64,000 nt of DNA from Octopus vulgaris (Eukaryota). Positions 12,765 through 27,272 of the stretch are shown here, piece by piece; the first letter of the stretch is position 1; the number at the start of each line of letters is the position of its first letter. The stretch covers positions 18,538,001-18,602,000 of the forward strand of contig OX597826.1 in the NCBI GenBank assembly GCA_951406725.2. Reading direction: 5' to 3'. The position numbers were made by a program, and so were the translations under genes. The notes beneath the pieces were generated by a model that had not been told where the DNA came from, searched no databases, and was given only the letters and a program-made list of their open reading frames with translations.

Positions 12765-14084
12765 TGTGGTTTTTTTTTTTTACTACGTCTTTATACTTTT
12801 TCTCTTTTATAAATATAATTTTTACCTCTCTCCCTCACTCCCTTTTGCCAATGAATTTAAAAGTGAGACGGAAATAATTCAATATTCAAAGAGGGTAGGA
12901 GCTACAATAAAATTTATTGAAATTATTCCCTCGCATCCATTTCAAATCCAAACCTTAGTTCCGAATCATTTATCTCAACGTTGTCTATGAAGGTTTGACA
13001 GGAATTTAATTAGAGGAAGCTTCAGTCAAAAGAGACAGTTTTTCTTGTTTTTATTGATGTCAATGATGCTGTTGTTTATTTGCTTTCCAGTGAGCACTTT
13101 ACAACAAACTATTATAATACTATCTATATTCATCTGTCAATACTGTCTACCAGTATACACAGCTTTTACACCAGCTTTCCCACTAATTCATACAATAAAA
13201 CTAACACTCACATTTGAAAATACTTAATACTTATGCTTTCTTTTTTCATCATTTTTTTTTTCATTATTTGTGCTTACATTATTACTGTTCATTGTTTCTA
13301 TGTTTTCTTTTGGCTATTTTGAAATCTTTTTCCTTTCCATTTTTAATGTGTTGGATGGTTCTTTAACTATTGTGAAAAATTTAAAATAGCAGCTATTTTT
13401 ACAGCTGAACTAGTAGCCAACCTCACAGCTAGACTAAATCAAGACTAATAATATGCCTAACATAAAGTGCACAATACAGCAGCTCTATAATGCCCTTCTC
13501 AACATTTACTGGGAGACTAGTCACGCATATTATTACTCATAGATTTCATGAGAACAGAAACAGTTTGTTAAATGAGCAAGAATCTTCTTCAGTGTTTGCC
13601 TTTCTAAAACTTATTTTCATACATAAGTATATAGTCAATGTAGTCTCTGTGGTATACATGAAGCCTTAGTATTACAGAACTGGATAAGTGAAGCTCTATG
13701 ATGTTCATGTATTTTTCAGATCATTAGCAACATAAACTGTAGTTATACCACTGGGAGTCTAACTTGAATTTGCCAAGAATTCACTGCTTTGCATTAACTC
13801 TTTCTTCCATAACAATCATGATTGTTAACACAGGCATAAGGCTTCATAGAATTTAGAAAGTGGAAATAAGATTGGGAAACACTGAAGAAAGACAAAGTTA
13901 TTTTTATTGGATTTCAATTCAGAGTGCAGAGAGACTAAACGAAATACGGCATGGCATTGACGTAGGCATTTCATTTTGAGCAACAGCGTTTGTCAGTGGT
14001 TACACATTTCTAACAGGTCAATCACTCGTTCACAGCATTGCTACCATTGAGACTGACAAAGGATCATCACATTTTACTTTTGTC

Positions 14085-14420
14085 ACACCTCATGCATACA
14101 CATTACATAACCATACCAGCACAGTCGGCTCTCTTGCCCAACTTTTCTCATCTGATGCTTCTCACACCCAACTTACCACTCAGGATGCTTACACTCTTTT
14201 GTGCATGCACACTGATATTACACATGCAGCAAAGCATGCTACATTTATTCCTTACAAGCCTACACATGTCCTTAGCAGTCACAGCCCATTTTTCACTGTT
14301 ATGTAGCATGGCTGTTCACACAGGCATTATACAGTCTGCCTTTCACTCTGAGCGAAAGGCCCTTTGTTACCAGAAGAGGTAGGAGTTCTCTAAACTTTGC
14401 CCAGCCTACTCTTATTCTAG
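14085..14420 (-). pseudogene. RTE LINE fragment from the RT C-terminal region
   Basis: Homologous to 49020-49350 (ARIRVGWAKFRELLPLLVTKGLSLRVKGRLYNACV.TAMLHNSE). Confidence 0.85.
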
Positions 14421-14710
14421 CACATACTATTATAATATATTATTAAATATTATATCATTGCTATTATGTTAAACTGTTGTATGTCCAAATGTGTCCAAAT
14501 GCATTTATTTCAATTTTTATTTTTGCTTGCAATAGCTAGTTTTTTTGGTCAAACTCTCATATCTGCAGCTGCTTCAGATGCCAAGATATCAAAAATTGTC
14601 AAAGTGTAGTACAACAGTTTTGCTATGGAATGGTAAAACTATTTTTTTGTTTTCTGAAAAAGCAACATTTTGGACTTATGACACTTTTGCATTATAGCAA
14701 CACTATATTT

Positions 14711-15112
14711 TTCTTTTATTCTTTTACTTGTTTCAGCCACTTGAATGCAGCCATGCTGGAGCACTGCTTTGAAGGGATTTTAGTTGAACAAGTCAACCTC
14801 AGGACTTATTTTTTAAAACCTAGTATTTATTCTATTGATCTCTTTTGCCAAACTGTCAAGTTACGGGGATATAAACACACCAACACCAGTTGTCAAACAG
14901 TGATGGGGGGGGGGGAGCAAATACAAACACAAACACAATAGATGTATACATCTATTGTATATATATATATGACAGGCTTCTTTCAGCTTCTGTCTAGCAA
15001 ATACATTCACAAGGCTTTGGTCAGCTCAAGGTTATAGTAGGAAGACACTTGGCCAAGGTGCCATGCAGTGGGACTGAACCCAAAGCTTCTTACAACACAA
15101 CCACACCTGCAT
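14711..15112 (-). mobile_element. SINE family A, near full length
   Basis: Head gggttcagtcccactgcatggcaccttggccaagtg, central TA/CA tract, tail ccagcatggctgcattcaagtggctgaaacaagtaaaag. Confidence 0.85.
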
Positions 15113-15196
15113 CTATATATTATATTATTATTATACAGTGAAGGTGCATGGCCTAGTGGTTAGGCTGGTCAGTCACATGATTTTTATTATTGTTGT

Positions 15197-15410
15197 TAAG
15201 GCAGCACGCTGGCAGAATCGTTAGCATGCCAGGTAAAATGCTTAGCAGCATTTCATCCATCTTTATGTTCTGAGTTCAAATTCCACCGAGGTCGATTTTG
15301 CCTTTCATCCTTTCAGGGTTGATAAATTAAGTACCAGTGAAACATTAGGGTCGATGTAATCGACTCATCCCCTTCCACCAAATGGCTGCCCTAGTGGCAA
15401 AATTTGAAAT
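15197..15410 (+). mobile_element. SINE family B
   Basis: aaggcagcacgctggcagaatcgttagc..ctgagttcaaattccaccgaggtcgattttgcctttcatcctttcaggg. Confidence 0.88.
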
Positions 15411-17856
15411 CATCATCATCACCACCACCACCATAATAATAATAATAGTACCCATGTTCCATGCTGCGGTGGGTTGGGTGGTCAGACAGGAACCAGCAGA
15501 TGGTCCAATGTTTTTGTTTTTTGGCATTGTTTGTAAAGCTGTATGGCCTTCCTAACATAAACCACGCGGGTGCTTTTTCCATGGCATCAGCAGTGGTGTG
15601 AGATCACCATGTAGCCTGCAAGATTCCCTTATGATTGGGTGGAGCTACACTAGATAAAAGGGCTGCTTTATGCTATGGGATGAAACCAGACAACAAGTTT
15701 CCTGTTGTAGATATGCTACATGGCTACAGTTAAAGAAGAGTGGGTGGAACCATGGATCGATAAAAAATAGTGATGAGATACTAGGGTGGATTTTAAGGTG
15801 AGTGGAAGTCAGTGAGGACAGAATAACAGGCAGTGTAGGTGGGTGGAGGTTGCAAGAGTGTATGAGAGAGAGTGACTGATGGTGAGAGAGAAGAAATCAG
15901 TGAATATTGTCAAGTGCTGAGAGATGGTAGGTTGGAGAAGAGAGAAGAGTAAAAGCTGGATAGGGTTTGAGAGTGACTGATGATGAGTTGAGGACAGGAG
16001 ATGAGTAACAGTGCACAAAAAAGAGGCAGGATGGTGAAAAGTAGGAAAAATAGTAATAATAAAAGTAATGAGTAGACATGAGGAGGGATAGATGAAAAGA
16101 GGAGAGGTTAAAAGAAGGACAAGTTATAAGAGAGGGGCAGGTGTAGTGAATGGGAAAGACATGGTGAGGAATTTATTAACTACACAACAATGCTTGCACA
16201 TTACACACACACACACACTGTCCTTGCTAGCTTTTAACTTTCTAATACACCTATCATCTTTGTATCAGCCATTCCACTGACACCCATGTCCCTAGCATTC
16301 ATATCTCTTGATCACTCTTTCTTTTTACTCTCATTGTACTGTTAGTGTGCAAGAATATCAATGGTTTTTCTGTGAGCCTCTCTCCCATTTTCATCCCTTC
16401 CCTTCCTCATCCTATAGCTCTCTTACTCATCACAAGGCACAGGCATGACAGTTGATCAGATTCGTACATAGCCCATACAAACCATTATTACTCCTTCAAT
16501 GGCCATTTAATATCAACATCCATCGTTCACCCTCACCATTTATCCACTTTGGATCGTCCATCACTCTCTCACTCCTATTCTCTCTTGTGCTAGTGCTATG
16601 ATAGAATGCACTCAATACACTCTATAAAGTGGTTGCAACTAGAAAATGCATCTAGTCATAGAAACCCAAGCTAAAACTGAAGCTTAATGAACGAGAAGAG
16701 GTCCTGAGACTTATTGAGAGTAGCAATGAATGGTCCAGTAGAGAAAGCAAACATAAAATGATGGTATATATATAATCACCATCATAATTTTAAATCTGTG
16801 CTTTCATGCTTGCATAGGTTGATTGGTTTCTTCCTCCAGGGCATTGCTGCAGTCTTTTGCCATCGTCTTCATGAGGTTCGGCATCCTGAGATTAGCTTTT
16901 TCTAATTCTCTTCATGTCTTTCTACTTTTACCTCTGGCACATGTTCTTGGATCACTTTGGCATTTTCTAACTCACCTGTCATCCTTTGTACCTATCATAT
17001 TTCCATATTAATGCAGTCATCTCTCTTGTACACTACATCTGATTCCTCTTACACTCAATCTTACTCTCAGCTTCTTTCTGCTCCTTCAATCACACACAAA
17101 CTGCTGCTGCTGCTGCTGTTGCTGCTGCTACTACCACCTTTATTTACTATTATATAGTTTTATTTTAGCTGTCTCTTTTCATCTGTTTGTAATCTGAGAT
17201 AATAAAAATGACTAACTTTTCAAATAGAAACAATGTTTTTTTTTTTTATTTCTTCTTGCACTACACAAAATAATATATTCAGCAATAATGTGGAGGGGGG
17301 AAAAAAAGCATAACAAAAATCAACCAACTAAAAATTGTGCTAGTAGTCATCTGAAACTTGTGTATAACATTAAAATGATTATTTGTTCTTTCATTCAATG
17401 AATTATAGAATCGGCTGTTGCTAAGTAGGAGGAGAAGGGGAGAGAGGGTAAGGCCAAAACAAACACCTGCTTTTTGAAGTTTTAATGGTTAAGGTTTTTT
17501 TTTTCCATTTGTTGTTCTTGTTGTTGAACCAGTGGAAAATAGAAAATACGTATTGCTACCGTTGTATTTCCTTGCATGATTTTATGTAATTTTGTTACTA
17601 ATTTTGAAAGTTATTTTATTTTTCATTCATATTTTAGAAATTTTACTCCAAATATGTTCTGATTAATTAAATAAATTATAAAGAGTGTAACAGATTCTTA
17701 ATAAGAGTTAAGCATCAGGAGTGGGGATGGGCGCTGCACTTTTTTTCCTGTCTACTTCTCGGCAGTATTTGTAAACTGTCATTTATTCTTATTTATTTAT
17801 TTTCATTTAATTTTGCTATAGAATAGAACAGATACATACATACATACATACATACA

Positions 17857-17917
<61 letters not shown>

Positions 17918-18454
17918 AAACACACTTATAGGTGTATAATGCTTGAAATTAAAATTCAGTACATGTCATGGAGATTATATATTTGTATAAACAGCTTGAC
18001 ACAGATCTGCATTACAAACAGTTTTACAGACACAAAAAGCAGGTCTGATTATTTGATTATTACAATATATTAACACATCCAAATGATCAGGTGTGCTTGC
18101 TGCATTTGTGAAACTGCCTTCGGGAAACCATCCGAAAGAGTCTTCTGTTGCAATGGAATCGTAACATGCACCAAGTTGATTGTTTACAAAGAAGTTGTTC
18201 TTACAGACCTTTAGCAAAGATTCGGTTCTTTATGAAAAAGACAAACAGTTTCACAGATGCAAAAAGTATGTCTGACAATTTGAATGCTACAATACTATAT
18301 TCTATCATCACATGATCAAACCAGATACTTGCAGCTGAGGTGTTACACCATCAACAGAATAAAATTGGTTAAGTTCAAAGAATAACAGATTATTGGTTGC
18401 TGAATGGCAAGAAAATGCTCAGTGGGAGCATGAAGGTAGGGTTATAATTTAAGA

Positions 18455-18807
18455 ACATGGAAGGTGAATGAAGCATAATGTCACCATTCCTAGTGATCAC
18501 TCCAAACACGATGGTGTTGACTGGATTTTTATCATTCTCAGTACATGTCCTCAGATTGCACTGTTCTCACATTGACACCGAAACACTCTGAAATGTTCGT
18601 ATTGGATCTTCCAGTGTGAATGCCAAGCAGTACAGAATGTCATTTCCAAATTTCTGGCACAGTGAATTGCATCATGGTGCTGTTTTTACTCACAGATGGT
18701 GTCCAACTGACCCTACTATACTGTGTAGCCAACAAAATCAAAAACAAACAATGTGCAAGCATGAAATAAATAATATAAAATGGTAACAATTTATCCATCG
18801 CACCCTG
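18455..18807 (-). mobile_element. Internally deleted Tc1/mariner-superfamily element (maT/DD37D-like)
   Basis: Terminus CAGGGTGCGATGGATAAATTG; MMQFTVPEIWK*HSVLLGIHTGRSNTNISECFGVNVRTVQ (HTH-like) joined to KNPVNTIVFGVITRNGDIM, resembling maT KHPxxVMVxGxVTSDG. Confidence 0.6.
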
Positions 18808-18929
18808 CGTGCATGTGTATATATACATATACACACACTTACATACACGCATTCTTTTATTCCTTCATACATTTCAGCCATATATACGCACACACACACA
18901 CACACACACATATATATACATATGTATGT

Positions 18930-19011
<82 letters not shown>

Positions 19012-19019
19012 GTATGTAT

Positions 19020-19217
19020 ATCATCATCATCAAGGTTTAGCGTCCGCTTTCCATGCTAGCATGGGTTGGACGGTTCAACTGGGGTCTGAGAAGCCAGAAG
19101 GCTGCACCAGGCCCAGTCTGATCTGGCAATGCTTCTACGGCTGGATGCCCTTCCTAACGCCAACCACTCCATGAGTGTAGTGGGTGCTTTTTACGTGCCA
19201 CCGGCATAGATGCCAGT
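19020..19217 (-). mobile_element. RTE family 1, terminal 3' UTR only
   Basis: tttagcgtccgctttccatgctagcatgggttggacgg..ggatgcccttcctaacgccaaccactcc has the same architecture as 2214 and 31730. Confidence 0.88.
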
Positions 19218-19238
19218 GTGTGTGTGTTTTTTTTTTTG

Positions 19239-19287
<49 letters not shown>

Positions 19288-19349
19288 GTATGTGTGCATG
19301 TGTGTGTGTGTATATATATATATATGTATGTATGTGCATATATATAATT

Positions 19350-19737
19350 ATTTTTCACCTGATTCAGTCATTTTGACTGTGGCCTTGCCGGGCATCACCT
19401 TGAAGAGTTTTTTAATTCAATAAATTGACCCAAGGACTTATTTTTAAATATAGCATTGGTTTCTTTTGCCGAATCACTAAGTTACAGGGATTTAAACACA
19501 CTAACACTGGTTGTCAAACAGTCGTGTGGGACAATCACACACATACACACACACAACGGGCTTCTTTCAGTTTCCTCCTATTAAAGCCACTCACAAGGAT
19601 ACTATAGCCTTGGGCTGACTTTACTTGCCCCGAGGCTATAGTAGAAGGCACTTACCCAAGTTGCCACGTAGTGGGACTGAACCCAGAACCATGTAGTTGG
19701 GAAGCAAGCTTCTTACCACACACCCACATCTGTGCTT
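19350..19737 (-). mobile_element. SINE family A
   Basis: Head gtgtggtaagaagcttgcttcccaactacatggttctgggttcagtcccactacgtggcaacttgggtaagtg. Confidence 0.85.
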
Positions 19738-20289
19738 ATGTATATATATGAAACTAACAAAGATCTCCAGTTCCTGTAGGCCTGGCAAAGTTGATCATTC
19801 TCCTAAAAACACCTGGGAAAAAAGTGAACTGAACTGATTGGTGCATTTCAGCTAGGAGTGTGATGCAGAACCAGGTACAGTGTATGAAGCAACAACTCCA
19901 TGTCTATTTCTGTGGTGTTCTATTCACATGATCATTCACATTTACCTCACCTCTCTGTGTCTGTCTGCCTGTCTATCTGTCTCTCTTCCCATGATCCCAC
20001 CCTGCAAAAAGAAATAATCTGTCCAGAAGGAAACATACAACCAATATACTGCCATCCCGTCAAAGGATTATTTGAGAACATATTTATTTCTCATGTTAAA
20101 CTTTTACTTCTATTGAAATATAAGGCCAGACCTGGGTAAAAAGTAAAGAACTAAAGTATACGAATTAAGAATTGAATAATAAAGTAGTGTTATTTGTATA
20201 TTCAACTCAGCCCATCAGGAATGTAAACTTTTTTTTAATAACTAAGCCAATATTTTTAAAAAAAAGGTTGTTGTTGGTATTGCTGCTAA

Positions 20290-20324
<35 letters not shown>

Positions 20325-20589
20325 GGGCAAAAGAAAAAAAAAAAGATGCTGCACAACAGTGGTGGTTTGATTGTAAAGATTTCCTAAGATGAGGATATCT
20401 TAGTTGTGATATGGACAAATGCCAGACACACAGGTTGTTTATGTGTGTGTGTGTGTGTGTGAGAGAGGCGGGAGAGGGAAAAGGGCAGACACACACTGCT
20501 TGTAAAGATTGTAAAGATGTGAGATGGAGACAAGTCAACTGAAGTTTGCTGATAGGAAGTTGAAAAAAAAGGGTTCCAAGGAAAAGATT

Positions 20590-21304
20590 TTATATATATA
20601 TATATATACATATATGTGTATATATATACATATACATATATATGTATACATATACATATATATGTATACATATATATGTATACATATACATATATATAAC
20701 ACATGTATATATACACACATGTATATATATATATACACATATATATGTATATATACACATATATATGTATATATACACACATGTATATATATATATAAAC
20801 ACATACATATATATATATACATGTATATGTGTATATATATATACATATATGTATATATATACATATATGTATATATATACATATATATGTATATATACAC
20901 ACATATATATATGTATATATACACATATATATATATACATTATATATATATACATATATATGTGTATATATATAAAGTATATATATATATACACATATAT
21001 ATCATCATCATCATCATTTAACGTCTGTTTTCAATGCAAGCATGGGTTTGACGGTTTGACTGGGGTATGGTAAGCCATGGTGGCTGCACCAGGCTCCAGT
21101 CTGATTTGGCAGTGTTTCTACAGCCGGATGCCCTTCCTAATGCCAACCACTCCGTGAGTGTAGTGGGTGTTTTTTACATGCCACCGGCACAGGGGCCAGA
21201 GCAGGCTGGCAAACGGCCACGATCGGTTGGTGCTTTTACGTGTCACCAACATGGACGCCAGTAAGGCAGCGCTAGTATCTGCCACATTCGGATGGAGCTT
21301 TTTA

Positions 21305-21378
<74 letters not shown>

Positions 21379-21723
21379 CATATATATACATATATATATG
21401 TATATATATATACATACATATATATATATGTATATATACATATATATATGTATATATATATACATATATATATATGTATATATATACATACATATATATA
21501 TATATACACACATACATATACATACATATATATATATATACATACATACATATATAAATATACATATATATATACATATACATACATATATAAATATACA
21601 TATATATACATATACATACATACATATATAAATATACATATATATATACATATACATATATATATACATACATATATACATACATATATATATACATACA
21701 TATATATATACATACATATATAT

Positions 21724-21764
<41 letters not shown>

Positions 21765-21851
21765 CATACATACATATATACATACATACATACATATACA
21801 TATATATATACATACATATATATATATATATACATATATTTATATATACAT

Positions 21852-21882
<31 letters not shown>

Positions 21883-21967
21883 CATACACACATATATATA
21901 TATATATATACATACACATATATATACATATACATATGTACATATATATATATGTTTATATACATAT

Positions 21968-22002
<35 letters not shown>

Positions 22003-22064
22003 CACACACATATACATATATGTATATATACATATACACACACTTATATCATCATCATCATCAT

Positions 22065-22096
<32 letters not shown>
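20590..22096. repeat. Two long compound TA/TACA microsatellites flanking an RTE 3' end
   Basis: Directly visible at 20590-21001 and 21307-22096. Confidence 0.95.
21001..21305 (-). mobile_element. RTE family 1, 3' UTR
   Basis: (GAT)n tail, conserved terminal block and two ~60-bp UTR units. Confidence 0.88.
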
Positions 22097-23704
22097 TCCA
22101 ACAGAGTTGGTTTGAAAGTCTAAATTCTTTGGCTGTTATCTTATAAATATGTTCCATCAAAACATTTGCGAAAGTCTCCAAACTTCAAAACTTTGGGTGT
22201 TCCAGGTTAAGTACCAGTCAAACAATTTGTCCATGAAAAGATGTCAGTTACATGAAAGAATAAATAACTCAAGCCCCAGCTGTTCAACTGATTTGAGACT
22301 GGGTAAAGCAGCAAACAAGAACATCAAAAAGTGTAAATACCAATAGATACACAATCACTGTTTTGTTGGCACTGATCAAGCACATGTATATCAGATTAAT
22401 AATAATAATTTCATGAATAATAAATGATGACGATGACGATGATGACAATGTTGATAGATATTGGTAAAGATGATGATGATGATGATTTCACTGAATGCAT
22501 TGATAATAAAAAAAAAAATTTTAACTGAGGAATAAAGGTTGTCTGAGAATTAGCATTGTAGCCTGTCCATTGGAGGAAATGTTTCATAGTAATTTGTGGT
22601 ATAAATACAATGCTAATATTTTTGTAGGAAAGATGCTATAGTTAACAGAATGAACTTAGAATATTACCAGTACTTATTTTATCAACTCCAGAAGGGTAAT
22701 GGGTAATGTTGATCCTAACAGGCTTTGAATTTGGAACATAAAAGGCAAATAACAAAATAAATTAAAGCAGTTTAGCCCAACACACCATTTTGGCACTGTC
22801 ATTTCTGCAACTTCAACATCAATAATATGGATTTCTAATATAATCACATGGCAAGCTCTATCTGAAAGATGGTCGATAGTGAATTGTACACAATACTCGA
22901 TGGATATTTTAATATTTTCAACACTTGGAATTTAAACTTAAAATGTGTAGACGGCATAACTAAATACAACAAATCTCTGCCATCCAACATTCTTAATAGC
23001 AAGAATAAATATCATTTACAAAGGCACAAGGCTAACAATTTTGAAGAAGAGTAGCTAATTATATAGTTCACAGTATCTGATACTTATTTTATAGATTCTG
23101 GAAGGATAAAAGGCAACATTGGATTTGAACTCAAAACATAAAGAAATGCAATACCAATGAAGCAGGGATATGAAGTTTTAAATATTTTAGAAGGAGGTAA
23201 GATGCGATGTTAACACTCATCTGAAGAATATTTTTATAAATGAAATGAAGAAAATTTGATGATTGAAATCTTTATGTTTTGTCAATGGATATTAGTAACA
23301 GGGTGAATGGAAATGCTGAAAGCAGGGATTAAACACAAGAAATAATGTTAGGATATCTAGACACTGTCATTAGTATAATGTGCTCACAAACAAATAAGAT
23401 ATCTTGGTAGAAAAAAACAACCTTTCCTATACATTTAATGATGTGGGATTTAGAGTATTAGAATAAAGAAAGCAAAACATTTTATTTATAATTATTTAGT
23501 CCAAGATGGAAAGTGCCCTGTAATTTACAGATCATCCCACCTTTATGAACAAGGCAGGTATTCTAGGGGTCTAGAATTCTAGAAAGACAGAATGTAAATA
23601 TCAGTTTAGAGTGTGTAAAATAGTGGGAATGAAAATCATTAATGGTATAGTATTCATACTTTAATGGAAAACATTAACAATGTGCATGCAAAACGAGAGA
23701 TAGA

Positions 23705-23856
23705 CTCATTAAGAGTGAAGGGTAAATTGTATGGTGCTTCTGTGCAGAGTGCAGTGCTACATGGCAGTGAGGCATGGGCCATGAACGTAGGGGATCTGTG
23801 AAAGTGAAAAAGAAACAGGGTATGCATGCTTTGCTGGATGTGTTATGTCAACGTGT
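23705..23856 (+). pseudogene. RTE LINE internal fragment
   Basis: SLRVKGKLYGASVQSAVLHGSEAWAM..MLCWMCYVNV. Confidence 0.8.
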
Positions 23857-24039
23857 AGGAATGAGATTTGAACAAATCTGTCTAACTGGCTTAAAACTTG
23901 TCCAGATCACACCCTCTCTAATCACCCAGCTTAGAATTATCACACTCTATCTCTCCTATGCTTTTTCAGGTATGGAAGCACCTTTAGGACCTTACAATAG
24001 CAAGGTGCAATGAGAAAAAGTACTCAGTAAAATGTGCAA

Positions 24040-24362
24040 TACTTATTCATATAGCAGTACCATCTTAAAGAAGCATCTCCATAAAAGTAATAAGTAAAAC
24101 CTCCTAGAAATCAAAATCAACAAACCAAAATAATATCAGTATTCACTGGAGCTCTAGAAATTATAAGAAAAGAGAAAAATTCACTAACCATATGCCAGTT
24201 AACATCAATATCTACACAGTCCAGGAGATCGCCCTACTGGGAACAGCCAACATACTATGGAGAGTACTGTCAATTAAGTGACATCTTCCCTATGGTACAA
24301 AAGAAATTATGCCTTGAATAATAACAACAACATCAACAACAACAATAACAACAACAAAAATA
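24040..24362 (+). pseudogene. R4/Dong-clade non-LTR retrotransposon 3' end with (AAT/AAC)n tail
   Basis: IAVP..TGALEIIRK..NINIYTVQEIALLGTANILWRVLSIK* matches the R4/Dong C-terminal PVVIGALG..IQKxALLGTAxILRxVL motif. Confidence 0.75.
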
Positions 24363-24364
24363 AT

Positions 24365-24581
24365 GATTTCAAATTTTGGCACAAGACTAGCAAGTTTGGG
24401 GGAGGGGTTAAGTTGATTACATCAACCCCAGTGCTCAACTGGTACTTATTTTATTGCCTCCTGAAGGAATGAAAAGCAAAGCCAACTTCGGTGGAATTTG
24501 AAGTCAGAACACAAAGACATGAAATGCCACTAAGCATTTTGCCCATCGAGTTAACAATCCTGCTAGCTCACAGCCTTCTTA

Positions 24582-24624
<43 letters not shown>

Positions 24625-24852
24625 TGATGATGATGATGAAGATAACATTAATAATTCTTTCAACTATAGGCACAAGGCCTGAAATTTCGAGGGAGGGGAC
24701 TAGTCAATTACATTGACCCCAGTGCTTGAGTGGTACTTATATTATCGACCCCGAAAAATCAACCCAGGCAGAATTTGAACTCAGAATGTAGAGACAGTTG
24801 AAATGCCACTAAGCATTTTACCCAGCATGCTAACAATTCTGCCAGCTTGCTT
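24365..24852 (-). mobile_element. Two tandem SINE family B copies separated by (AAT)n(GAT)n
   Basis: Copies at 24365-24577 and 24652-24852. Confidence 0.85.
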
Positions 24853-25237
24853 AATAACGACAACAACCACAACTTCAACAATAACAATCTTTTTTGACAA
24901 GATAGACTGTCTTTAATTTGCAGGTAAGTGGAGACAAAAAAAAAATGACCAATTTACTGTGTATTTAGTATCCATGTTGTACTGGAACTACATAGCTTTG
25001 CTGATCCAATTAATTTAGTTCCAGGATTCAGTAACATAGTTCCTTACTCCATTACTTAAATACTTCTTTCTATCAAGCAAAATTCTACTGATACAGCTAG
25101 ACAGCATACATGTGCAGTAAACATATGAATAGGACTCCATTCGGATATTCATTCTTACCCTTCACTTTATTGGTACTGCAGTTAGTAATGCATAGCTTGT
25201 CAATTTTCTGCTCTGAGTTCACAATCTTGTTACATGT

Positions 25238-25466
25238 TTAACTCTTTTGATACCAACCCACCCAAGACTACCTCTGGTTCTATGACAAAAACTTCCTTCT
25301 TTTAAAGTGATCTCATTTTACATATTCCATTAAAATTTCATGTGAATTTACACCAAACACCAGCTCAAAAATGACAAAGTTAATTTGCTAAAATCTTCAT
25401 TACTTGCAAAATAACTGGAAACAAAAGCCGTGTATTTCAGCAGAAATATTGTAATAAAAGGATTGA
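25238..25466. mobile_element. TTAA-type (piggyBac-like) MITE family 2
   Basis: TTAActcttttgatacc..gtaataaaaggaTTGA; colinear second copy at 35997-36215. Confidence 0.7.
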
Positions 25467-25547
25467 CAATAATGGTTAGTGATCGCTGATAAGACAAAGT
25501 TAATCCATTGGATCCCCATTTCAAGTTACCTTGTTGATTAACTATGT

Positions 25548-25809
25548 CAGTGGTCCTCGACCAGGGTCCATATGGTCCTTGGGGGGGGGGTCTATATAAG
25601 AGTTTGTAGTTAATTTTAGGTGCAATAAAACTTGTTATATTTCTACAATTCATAAAATATTTTAACAATTTTTATAATACAATTCCTAATAATATTCAAC
25701 TACAAAAATATAATCGGATTTTCTTAAACATTGAATAGATATGGGGGTGGGGTGCAGTAAAATAGGAATTAAAGATGTCCATAGGCAAAAGAATGGTTGA
25801 GGACCACTG
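25548..25809. mobile_element. hAT-type MITE with TIRs and 8-bp TSD
   Basis: TIRs CAGTGGTCCTCGACCA / TGGTTGAGGACCACTG; perfect TSD AACTATGT at 25540-25547 and 25810-25817. Confidence 0.93.
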
Positions 25810-26269
25810 AACTATGTTTCCTCAGCAAAACTGTTTATGAACCAAACGATATGATATTGTGTGTGTGCGCGTGCGCGCACACATGCAGGTGCGTGCATGT
25901 AGAATACTACTGTATCTTTACAAACGGTACAGTCATCCTCCTGTCAGAATTCAATAGCACTCTGGTATTGGATTTTGGTACTTTTTGGATAGTGAGGTTA
26001 CATGCTCTGGCATATAACACACGTACACACACAACCAAGTTGAGATATAGTAAATGGTGATAAGAGAGATTAGTTAAAAAAACAAAAAACAAAAGAAATT
26101 AATAGCTGAATTAATAAGCACTTATGACTTAGAATAATGAAGCTATTAAAGTTTTCTAGCTATCTAGATCCCTGTTTTGTATTTGGCTATTTTTCTTCAT
26201 TATTTGAGTTTTTTCAAAGTTGATATTAATTCAATAAAATGTTTAGTGTGCGTGTGTGTGTGTGTGTGC

Positions 26270-26308
<39 letters not shown>

Positions 26309-26929
26309 AGAAAGAGAGCAACAAGTGTATTACTGATAGTGTATAGTTTAAAAGAAATTGTGCTTATTTGGAAGTAGTCACCTCCAGTACCAGTTGAAGC
26401 AAAAGCAATTTGATATTCACATTTGAAGGTTAAATATAGTTCAATGAACCAGTTCCAACAAGTTGCCAACTAAAACATCATAAAGAAACAATAAATTTGC
26501 CTTAAAAATCAATACAGTTTTGGTTTTAATGCTTTAGAGCAATTTATTTTATGAAATATTCTATTTGAAATTATTGTTAGTGAGAAAGACCTAGAGTGAA
26601 CAGAACGTAAGCCGTCTCACAACCCATAAATTTATGACTTTCAATCGAAGTTGTCTCTCAGATATGTGTGACACACAGCCATGTATACACAGCAGATAAT
26701 ATGGTAACAGACAGATAACAAAAAAAAACCAACACAAAAAAACAAGAAATCAAGGAAGAAAATAAGCAACTAAAATGTCATACATATGCAAAAGTAACCA
26801 AAACAATATTGAAAACACAAGTTAATATATTTTGATAGTTTCAAACTCTCTAAACACACACACACACACACACACAGGCGCACACACATGTGCATACACA
26901 TACACGCACACAAAAAAAATACCCACACA

Positions 26930-27272
26930 TATTCTTTTACTTGTTTCAATCATTTGACTGTGGCCATGCTGGAGCACTGCTTTAAAGGATTTTTTAGTCA
27001 AACAAATCGATGCCAGGACTTGTTCTTAGTAAGCCTAGTACTTATTCTATCACTCTCTTTTGCCAAACAGCTAAGTTATGGGAACATAAACACACCAACG
27101 CCAGTTGTCAAGCAGTGATAGGGGGTACAAACAGACACATACACACACACAAAATGGGTTTCTTTCAGTTTCTGTCTACCAAATTCACTCACAAGGCTTT
27201 GGTTAGCACAAGGTGCCACATGGTGGGATTGAACCCAGCAAGCTTCTTACCACACAGCCACACCTGCACCTA
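26930..27272 (-). mobile_element. SINE family A
   Basis: Tail ttcttttacttgtttcaatcatttgactgtggccatgctggagcactgc and head cttcttaccacacagccacacctgc as read on the plus strand. Confidence 0.85.

Noticed and set aside
15780-16160. Purine-rich block with short ORFs
   Set aside because: Low-complexity GA-rich sequence with no recognisable protein motif.
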